Shown here: positions 55,667-64,000 of the stretch, piece after piece | How positions within the stretch are numbered: the first letter of the stretch is position 1 | How the letters are laid out: each line of letters begins with the position of its first letter | NCBI GenBank assembly: GCA_024653345.1 | Contig: JANLFV010000005.1 | Location: 790-64,789, forward strand | Direction: 5' to 3' | Origin: Candidatus Acetothermia bacterium | GTDB taxonomy: Bacteria; Bipolaricaulota; Bipolaricaulia; RBG-16-55-9; JANLFV01 | DNA length: 64,000 nt | Program-made: the position numbers and the translations under genes | The notes under the pieces: generated by a model | Told to the model about the DNA's origin: nothing | The model's database searches: none | Seen by the model: only the letters and a program-made list of their open reading frames with translations

Positions 55667-56842
55667 TCACCCCAAGCCCAGCGAGCGATGCCTCTCGGCG
55701 ATCGTCTCCGCTAGTTTATCCAAGGCCTGGAGGTCGGCCTTCCTCGGCGCGCCCTTGCAGATCACGGGCTCGAGGAGCTCCACTTTCAGGTTCGAGAGCA
55801 GCCCCGCGAGCTGCTCGACCGCCTTCCCGCCCCAGCCGTAGGAGCCGATGACCGAGACGAACCGCAGTTTGGGCCGGAGGGCATTGGCGAGATAGGCGGC
55901 GTAGGCCGCGAGGGGATGGGGCCCGCCCAGGACCGTCGGGGTCCCGATCACGACCGTGGCCGCATCGACCAGGGCCATCGCGAGCTTACCCACATCGGTC
56001 TCTGCCAAATCGAACCGCTTGACCTTCACCCCTCGCTCCGCCAAAGCCCCCACCAAGCGCTCGACCATCCTCTTGGTGCTACCCCACATCGAGACATAGG
56101 CGATCACAGCCAGGTTCTTCGGCAGGCCGGCGACCCAGTCACGGTAGGCCTCGAGGATGAACTCCGGCCGGCGGTAGATCGGGCCGTGGCTCGGGGCGAT
56201 CAGCTCGATCCTGTAGTCCTTCAGCTTCTCCAGGTGCTTTGCGATCACCCCCCGGAAGGGCATCATGATCTCGGCGTAGTAGCGCTTGGCCGGCTCGTAG
56301 ACCCGCCCCTCATCGGCGTATAAGTCAGTCGTCGCAAGATGGGAGCCGAAGAGGTCGCAGGTGAACAAGACCCGCGCCTCCTCGAGGTAGCTCACCATCG
56401 TCTCCGGCCAGTGGACCCAGGGGAGGTGGATGAACCTCAAGGTCTTATCGCCCAGCGAGAGGATCTGGCCGTCCTCGACCGGCTCAATCCTCTCCTCGGG
56501 GATGGCGAAGAGGTCGATGAGCAGCCCTTTACCCTTGGGGGTGGTCAGGACCTTGGCCTTGGGGTAGCGCTCGATCACCTTGGGGATCGCACCGGAGTGG
56601 TCCGGCTCGGCATGGTGGGAGACGACATAGTCCAGGGCCTCTACATCTTCCAATTGGGCCAGGAGGTGCTCGCTCATCCTCGGGTCGACGCTGTCCAGGA
56701 GGGCTGCCTTCTCCCTGCCTCGGATGAGGTAGGCGTTGTAGCTCGTCCCGTCCGGCAGAGGGATGAGGGAATCGAAGAGCCGCCGGTCCCAGTCGATCGC
56801 CCCCAGCCAATAGACCCCATCTTGGATCTCTCGCGGTCTCAT
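55667..56842 (-). CDS. fprA: Flavodiiron protein (FprA family), second paralog
   Basis: GTSYNAYLI, HHAEPDHSG, VHWPE and PSHG. True ATG at 56842 overlaps the upstream stop. Confidence 0.93.
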   Translation of the reverse strand: MRPREIQDGVYWLGAIDWDRRLFDSLIPLPDGTSYNAYLIRGREKAALLDSVDPRMSEHLLAQLEDVEALDYVVSHHAEPDHSGAIPKVIERYPKAKVLTTPKGKGLLIDLFAIPEERIEPVEDGQILSLGDKTLRFIHLPWVHWPETMVSYLEEARVLFTCDLFGSHLATTDLYADEGRVYEPAKRYYAEIMMPFRGVIAKHLEKLKDYRIELIAPSHGPIYRRPEFILEAYRDWVAGLPKNLAVIAYVSMWGSTKRMVERLVGALAERGVKVKRFDLAETDVGKLAMALVDAATVVIGTPTVLGGPHPLAAYAAYLANALRPKLRFVSVIGSYGWGGKAVEQLAGLLSNLKVELLEPVICKGAPRKADLQALDKLAETIAERHRSLGLG

Positions 56843-58050
56843 AGCAGCCTCTTCTCCCCTTCGATCTTCTTGATCTCGGTGATGTCCTGGGTCACCTCCA
56901 TGCAGCCGAAGTATTCGCCCGCCTTCCCCCAGACCGGGAAGTAACGGATATAGATTAGCCGGCCCTTGAGGTCGAGCCAAAATTCGGCCACCTCCCGCCT
57001 CCCGGTCCGGAAGTCCTCCAGGATCTGATTGACCAGGTGGAGGCTCTTCTGGGGGTGGCACTGCTGGACCTTCCTCCCGAGGACGGCCTTCGTCCGGGTG
57101 AAGATCCGCTCTTCGGGCCGGTTGAAGTAGCGGACGGTATCATCTTTATCGACGAAGGTGATCTCCACCGGGAGGGCATTAAGGAAGGCCTCGAGCTCCT
57201 CTTGGGAGAAGCTCCCGGTCTCGAGCTCGATCAGGCCGGCCCTCTCAGCCTCGGCCTCGACTTGAACCCTGGCGGCCGGCTCCGGCGGCCTGGGGGTGAA
57301 GCAGCAGTAGCCGAGCTCATCGAACTCCGCTCGGATGGCGGGCCACTCCTCTCCCGTGATGACTTTTGAGGCCGCGGGGAAGAGGATGTTGTTCTCCTTG
57401 TAGATGTGGCTTTGGAGCATCTCTTCCAAGGCCGCGGCCTTCTCCGCCAGTTGGCCTGCGAATCCCTCCGGAGCCGCCCCGGCCTCGGCCGCGACCGCGA
57501 CTTCGACGAGCCGGGCAAGCTCGCGCTTCAAGCCCCGGAGCTTGTCGTGCTCCTGCCACATGATCGCCGGGGGCTCGGTGATCCCGTGCCTCTCGAGGTA
57601 GGGGAAGAGGACATTCTCCTCCCGAAGGTAGTGGCTCTCCGCCTCCAAGAGGTGGTGGACGAGCTCCCGCAGCCTCGCCCTATCCGGGCCTTCGCTCTCA
57701 CTCAGCCCCCGGGCGAGGCCCGCCAACTCCGCGGCGAACCCGCGAAGCAGTTCGTGCTCCGCCATCAGGATCTGGAGCGGGTGACCCGCTGGGAGCGGGG
57801 GCTTCGGCCCCTCCAATCGCTCCTTGAAGAGGGCGAGGTGGACATCACAGAGCCTTTGGACCTCCTCCCGCGGCAGGCCCTCTCTAATTAGCTCCTCCTC
57901 GGCCTTCGCCAATTCCTCCGGGGAGAGGCCGGCGATCAGGCCCGCGAATTCCGCCTTCAACCACTCCGGCGGCTCGCCCGCGTGGAGCCGCTTGATCAGC
58001 CCCTTGAGGGTCTCTTTTCTAGCACCAACTTCGCTCGAGTGCTCACTCAT
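56839..58050 (-). CDS. DUF438 / hemerythrin / PAS domain protein
   Basis: RLCDVH, GHP...EH, HYLREENVLFP, HIYKENNILFP and PAS segment LPVEITFVDKDD...CHP. GGAGGA RBS before the ATG at 58050. Confidence 0.9.
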   Translation of the reverse strand: MSEHSSEVGARKETLKGLIKRLHAGEPPEWLKAEFAGLIAGLSPEELAKAEEELIREGLPREEVQRLCDVHLALFKERLEGPKPPLPAGHPLQILMAEHELLRGFAAELAGLARGLSESEGPDRARLRELVHHLLEAESHYLREENVLFPYLERHGITEPPAIMWQEHDKLRGLKRELARLVEVAVAAEAGAAPEGFAGQLAEKAAALEEMLQSHIYKENNILFPAASKVITGEEWPAIRAEFDELGYCCFTPRPPEPAARVQVEAEAERAGLIELETGSFSQEELEAFLNALPVEITFVDKDDTVRYFNRPEERIFTRTKAVLGRKVQQCHPQKSLHLVNQILEDFRTGRREVAEFWLDLKGRLIYIRYFPVWGKAGEYFGCMEVTQDITEIKKIEGEKRLL

Positions 58051-58194
58051 TAAGTCCTCCATATTCTTAGCTTGGCTAATTATACCGCCGGACCAAGGGG
58101 CGAGCAACTCCCTCTTGTCTTGCATTCCTCCCCGGACTTTGCTAAACAGTGATGGACCGGCGGGACCTCTCCGCCGAATCAGAGGAGTTATCCA

Positions 58195-59499
58195 ATGGAG
58201 CAGATCGTTGACCTGTGCAAGCAACGGGGCTTTATCTTCCAGGGGAGCGAGATCTACGGCGGGCTCGGGGGCTTCTGGGACTACGGCCCGCTTGGGGTCG
58301 AGCTGAAGAACAACATCAAGCGGTTGTGGTGGAAGGCGATCGTCCACGACCGCGAGGATGTGGTCGGGCTCGATACGGCGATCATCATGAACCCCCGGGT
58401 CTGGGAGGCGAGCGGCCACCTCACGGAGTTCACCGACCCGATGGTCGACTGCAAGCAGTGCAAGCGCCGCTTCCGGGCCGACGACATCAAGGACCAGACC
58501 TGCCCGAGCTGCGGGGCCATCGGCCAGTTCACCCCCGTCCGGCGGTTCAACCTGATGTTCAAGACCTTCGTCGGGCCGGTGGAGGACGCGAGCGCGCTCG
58601 CCTACCTCCGGCCGGAGACGGCCCAGGGGATCTTCACCAACTTCAAGAATGTCTTGAATACCATGCGCAAGAAGCTCCCCTTCGGGATCGCCCAGATCGG
58701 CCGCTCCTTCCGGAATGAGATCACCCCGGGGGACTTCATCTTCCGGGACCGGGAGTTCGAGCAGATGGAGCTCGAATACTTCGTCAAGCCCGGGGAGGAC
58801 GAGCGCTGGCACAAATACTGGGTCGAGGAGCGCTTTAACTGGTATATCCAAGCCCTGGGCCTGAGGGCGGAGCGGCTCCGCATTCGGGAGCTCCCGAAGG
58901 AGGAGCTGGCCCACTACGCCAAGGCGGCCTATGAGATCGAGTATGACTTCCCGGGGAAGGGCTGGGCCGAGCTGGAGGGGATCGCCAACCGGACCGACTA
59001 CGATCTTAGGAGGCACATCGAGTTCAGCGGGAAGGAGCTCTTCTACTTCGACGAGGAGACCGGTGAGCATATCATCCCCTATGTCATCGAGCCCTCGGCG
59101 GGGGTGGACCGGCTCTTCCTCGCCTGCCTGCTCGACGCCTACCATGAGGAGGAGGTCCGCGACCGCAGGAGGGTGGTCCTCCGGCTCAAGCCGGCCCTGG
59201 CCCCGATCAAGGTGGCGGTCCTCCCGCTGTTGGCCAACCGGCCGGAGATCGTGAGCCTCGCGCGGGAGATCACCGCCAGGCTCAAGCCGAAGTTCACTAC
59301 GATGTATGACGACACCGCCTCGATCGGGCGGCTTTATCGCCGGCAGGACGAGATCGGGACCCCTTACTGCGTGACCGTCGATGTCCAGTCCCTCACCGAC
59401 CATCAGGTCACGGTCCGCGAGCGGGATACCATGGAGCAAATCAGGGTCCCGATTGACCAGCTTCCCAGGCTCCTGGAGGAGAAGCTCGCTTTAGCCTAG
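58195..59499 (+). CDS. glyQS: Glycine-tRNA ligase (homodimeric type)
   Basis: EIYGG, YLRPETAQGIF, FRNEITP, REFEQMELE, IEPSAGVDR and YRRQDEIGTP. Confidence 0.97.
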   Translation: MEQIVDLCKQRGFIFQGSEIYGGLGGFWDYGPLGVELKNNIKRLWWKAIVHDREDVVGLDTAIIMNPRVWEASGHLTEFTDPMVDCKQCKRRFRADDIKDQTCPSCGAIGQFTPVRRFNLMFKTFVGPVEDASALAYLRPETAQGIFTNFKNVLNTMRKKLPFGIAQIGRSFRNEITPGDFIFRDREFEQMELEYFVKPGEDERWHKYWVEERFNWYIQALGLRAERLRIRELPKEELAHYAKAAYEIEYDFPGKGWAELEGIANRTDYDLRRHIEFSGKELFYFDEETGEHIIPYVIEPSAGVDRLFLACLLDAYHEEEVRDRRRVVLRLKPALAPIKVAVLPLLANRPEIVSLAREITARLKPKFTTMYDDTASIGRLYRRQDEIGTPYCVTVDVQSLTDHQVTVRERDTMEQIRVPIDQLPRLLEEKLALA

Positions 59500-59523
59500 G
59501 GCCTGAGGGCCCAGAGGAAACAG

Positions 59524-59724
59524 ATGAGACCTTGGCAGAATCTGGCCGGCAAGTTGGCCGATAAGCTGATGGACCTGGCCAACTTCACCGCCGGTGCCCT
59601 CATCATCGGCCAGCTCATCAGCGGGCGGCCCTTCGACTGGACCATAGCGGCCTTGGGGCTCGGGGTCTGGATAGCACTTTACATCATCGCGTCCATTGCG
59701 GTATTATTAGGCCGAGGTGAGTGA
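59524..59724 (+). CDS. Small two-TM membrane protein
   Basis: 66 aa, LADKLMDLANFTAGALIIGQ followed by a hydrophobic helix. Confidence 0.6.
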   Translation: MRPWQNLAGKLADKLMDLANFTAGALIIGQLISGRPFDWTIAALGLGVWIALYIIASIAVLLGRGE

Positions 59725-59727
59725 GCT

Positions 59728-61369
<1,642 letters not shown>

Positions 61370-61402
61370 ATTGAGGGGCTCGGGGGGCGAGCCCGAGCTG
61401 AA

Positions 61403-61816
61403 TCAAGAGGCGATCCCTTCGATGACGACGAATGTGCCTGTCCCGATGGCATAGAGCCTCCCATCAGGGCCGGTGATGCGCATCTCCGCCACATCGACCC
61501 GCCTCCCGCGATGGATGAACTCCCCGACGGCTTCCAAGTCCACCCGGGAGGCGGGCTCGAGGAGGTGGATGTTGAGGCTGACGGTTGCGAGCCAGACATT
61601 CTCATGGAGGGCGGCAGCGGCGAACCAGCCCGCGGTGTCGAGCAGCGTGGTCATGATCCCGCCGTGGACCCCGCCGAGGGCGTGGTCGAAGTCCGGATTG
61701 TAAGGGAGGTGGACATGGGCCCGGCCATCCCCATCGTAGGAGAGGCTCATCCCGAAGCTCCGGGCGATTGGGGAATTGGAGAATCTTCGGATCAGCTAAG
61801 CCTGCCGTGCGGTCAT
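61403..61816 (-). pseudogene. PaaI-family thioesterase with an in-frame TAG at codon 7 (61796-61798)
   Basis: GGVHGG...LLDTAG hot-dog motif. Upstream in frame reads MTARQA*LIRRFSNSPIARSFGMSL. Confidence 0.75.
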
Positions 61817-61898
61817 CTCAGCTCCAGCCGCATCGGCGGCAACTCTTCATCATCCCGAGCGATGTGGAAGCCGTGCTTCAGGTAGAATTCGACCGGCC
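61813..61898 (-). repeat. Diverged duplicate of the 3' end of the GNAT gene at 62349..62909
   Basis: PVEFYLKHGFHIARDDEELPPMRLELR* versus PVKFYLKHGFHIRRDDEEFPLMRLELEESG*. Confidence 0.85.
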
Positions 61899-61907
61899 TG
61901 AAAGGAA

Positions 61908-62261
61908 TCACTCAGGGCAGCGGATCCGCACCCGCCCCGGCTCCACAATGATCAGATTGCCCATGATGTCGCTCTCCCCAAGCCCTGCCAGCCCTCGCCG
62001 GATCTCCTCATTGATCCTCTTGGTCGAAAGCTCATTAGGAAACCGGGCGATCTCCTGAGCCACCAGTCGGGCAGCGTAGGCCAGGGCAGCTAGCACATCC
62101 TCGCGCTCCAGCTCATACTCACGCATGACTTCTTCCATGGACATGCCGCCCGCGAGCTTGCCCAGGACCAGTTCCACAGGCACTCGTGTCCCCCGAATGA
62201 CCGGCTTGCCGAAGCGGACTCGTTCATCGACCACGATCCGCGGAGCGATCTCCACCGCCAT
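61908..62261 (-). CDS. DUF433 antitoxin fused in frame to what looks like the tail of a DUF5615/PIN toxin
   Basis: RIVVD..VRFGKPVIRGTRVPV...DVLAALAYA, then RFPNE...LIIVEPGRVRIR. Own promoter TTGACC-17 nt-GATAAT upstream. Confidence 0.75.
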   Translation of the reverse strand: MAVEIAPRIVVDERVRFGKPVIRGTRVPVELVLGKLAGGMSMEEVMREYELEREDVLAALAYAARLVAQEIARFPNELSTKRINEEIRRGLAGLGESDIMGNLIIVEPGRVRIRCPE

Positions 62262-62348
62262 TCTTATCACCTCAACCTGCTTGCATTATCCTCCAAATCG
62301 CGGAGAGGGTCAAAAGGACTTCCCGCTGAGGCCGGTCCCAGCGCCCGA

Positions 62349-62909
62349 TCAGCCGCTCTCCTCTAACTCCAGCCGCATCAGCGGGAATTCCTCATCGTCG
62401 CGGCGGATGTGGAAGCCGTGCTTCAGGTAGAACTTGACCGGCCCGACGGGGTTCTCCGGGCTCCCGCGCCGGGCGAAGGCCTCGACAGCCTTGAGCCCCC
62501 TCGAGCGGAGCTCGTCCAAGATGCCCTTGAGGAGCAGGCTCCCCAGCCCTCGGCCCCTATGTTCTCTTGCGGGGATGAAGAGGCAGGCGATCAGGGCCGC
62601 ATCCTCGCTCACCGGCCCGGCGGGGTAATTCCTCGAGTTCGGGAGAAATCGGGCCGGGGCATACTCGGCGTAGCCTATGGCCTTTCCGTCGAGATAAAGG
62701 AGCTTACCGCAGGGCCCGAACTCGGCCCGGACTAGCCGGAGCCAGGCTAGCTTCCGCTGGAACATTTCCCCCTTCTTCCCCTCGGCCGGGTCGAGCAATA
62801 GCTCGGGCTCCTCCCAGTAGAGGCACCACTTGCAACTGTAGGGGCGACTCGCCCACTCCGGGGCCTCGATGAGGTTCTCCTCGGTCAGGTCGAGGAGCTC
62901 GGCCTTCAT
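62349..62909 (-). CDS. GNAT-family N-acetyltransferase
   Basis: CKWCLYWE, IACLFI...HRGRGLGSLLL and FYLKHGF. Confidence 0.88.
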   Translation of the reverse strand: MKAELLDLTEENLIEAPEWASRPYSCKWCLYWEEPELLLDPAEGKKGEMFQRKLAWLRLVRAEFGPCGKLLYLDGKAIGYAEYAPARFLPNSRNYPAGPVSEDAALIACLFIPAREHRGRGLGSLLLKGILDELRSRGLKAVEAFARRGSPENPVGPVKFYLKHGFHIRRDDEEFPLMRLELEESG

Positions 62910-63601
62910 AATTTAGCCTCCTTCCAGCTTAGCTCGGCCAGCGCCTGTGGGAGCTCCCCGAGCGAGCCGACCTCGAGGTCCGGCTCGTGGGCCGGTGTGA
63001 GCGGCTCCTGCTTCGCATAGGGCCCGACGAGGACCCGGACGGTCAAGAGCCCCAAGAGCTTGGCGGGGAAGGTGTCAAGATCGAGCCGATCCCCGACCAT
63101 CGCCGCCTCCTCCGGCCCGACCTCCAAGGAGTCGAGGATCACCTGGAAGAAGAGGGGATCGGGCTTGGCCACCCCCATCTCCTCGGAGACGAGCCGGAAG
63201 CGGAAGTAGCGGAGGACCTCGGAAGATTCGAGCAATTCCTTGATCGCCGCCGGCTGGTTCCCCGCCAAGGCCAACTGATAGCGCCCGGAGAGGGCCGCGA
63301 CGGCCTCGAGAGCCCCAGGCTGGAGCCGCTCGGCCTTCCACTCCTGGCGTCGGCGCCTGAGCTCCTCCACCGCCCGGTGGTAGCCCTCCAGATCGGGCTT
63401 GAGGAAGTGCCATATCGCCGCCCGGCGGGGGTTGGGGTAGAGCCGGGCGATGAGGCCCTGCACTAGCGCTTGATACTCCTCCTTCGGGACATCTCGGCCG
63501 CTCGAGGCCAGTAGCTCGAGCACTACTCGGTCGGCAAGCTCGTAGAAGCTATGGTCATCGACCAATGGGCCGCCAATATCGATCAAGATCGCCTTGAGCA
63601 C
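62906..63601 (-). CDS. HAD-family hydrolase
   Basis: ILIDIGGPL, AGNQ, KPDP and MVGDRLDLD. Confidence 0.88.
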   Translation of the reverse strand: MLKAILIDIGGPLVDDHSFYELADRVVLELLASSGRDVPKEEYQALVQGLIARLYPNPRRAAIWHFLKPDLEGYHRAVEELRRRRQEWKAERLQPGALEAVAALSGRYQLALAGNQPAAIKELLESSEVLRYFRFRLVSEEMGVAKPDPLFFQVILDSLEVGPEEAAMVGDRLDLDTFPAKLLGLLTVRVLVGPYAKQEPLTPAHEPDLEVGSLGELPQALAELSWKEAKL

Positions 63602-64000
63602 CTAGAGCCCCTTCTCCATCAGGTGCCAGTCGTAGTGGAACTTATTGTCCCGCAGGGCACAGGCGACCTTGAAGCCGTGCCTCTCGTAGAAGGCCCGGGC
63701 TTGGTATTCGGCCGTCTCCAGCGTCAGCTTATGGCACCCCTCGGCCCGGCAGAGCCGCTCGAACTCCCGGAGCAAGCGGGAGCCGAGCCCCCTCCCGCGG
63801 CATTCCTTGGCCACGAGGAGCTGGTCGAGGTGCCCGACCCCGCCGACGAGGTGAAAGGCCGCGAGCCCGACCGGAAGGCCTCCCACCTCAGCTAGGAGAT
63901 AATACCGCCTCGAGTCCCAGGTGACCCCGACCTCGGCGTTGTATCTCTGCCACTCCTTGGCGGCGAACCCCTCTAGCTCTTCTCTGCTCGCGAGGCGGAC
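63602..64000 (-). CDS. GNAT-family N-acetyltransferase (5' end beyond the window)
   Basis: LLVAKECRGRGLGSRLL and ARAFYERHGF. Frame is open to 64000. Confidence 0.85.
   Translation of the reverse strand, partial: VRLASREELEGFAAKEWQRYNAEVGVTWDSRRYYLLAEVGGLPVGLAAFHLVGGVGHLDQLLVAKECRGRGLGSRLLREFERLCRAEGCHKLTLETAEYQARAFYERHGFKVACALRDNKFHYDWHLMEKGL

Noticed and set aside
58051..59439. N-terminal ~460 aa of the 866-aa ORF 56839..59439
   Set aside because: Antisense shadow of glyQS. The real gene starts at 58050 after GGAGGA.

Overview
GC-rich bacterial chromosomal window, probably from an anaerobe. The Thermotoga/archaea-like redox genes, archaeal/eukaryote-type GlyRS and ProRS, and a T9SS-like C-terminal tail are compatible with Ca. 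Bipolaricaulota (inference only). Core content: a MoxR/vWA/DUF58 operon with TPM and nucleotidyltransferase genes, pckA, mscS, rpsT-secF-recJ, a WecB fusion, yidC-jag-mnmE, ribE-ribBA-ribH, glyQS and proS. A ~15 kb, mostly minus-strand redox-defence region carries DpsL, PerR/Fur, two FprA, rubrerythrin, a bacterioferritin-like protein, peroxiredoxin, superoxide reductase, lipA-lpdA, a Bcp-nitroreductase fusion, an MsrP-like protein and a hemerythrin-PAS protein. Three small accessory islets (~2.7-3.8, 28.8-31.3 and 61.8-62.4 kb) carry TA or defence genes, and each contains a module bracketed by duplicated sequence, in two cases by diverged copies of protein-coding gene tails. Best candidates for new biology: (1) a two-gene cohesin-dockerin surface system, (2) a DUF3800 nuclease-like gene facing a promoter-driven ~50-nt hairpin RNA next to a nuclease-RAMA gene, (3) the recurring gene-tail-bracketed cassette architecture, and (4) lipA-lpdA coupled to an oxidative-stress operon. 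Several single-base lesions may be real decay or assembly errors. I saw no rRNA, tRNA, CRISPR array, integrase or transposase. All domain calls are by motif recognition, not database search.
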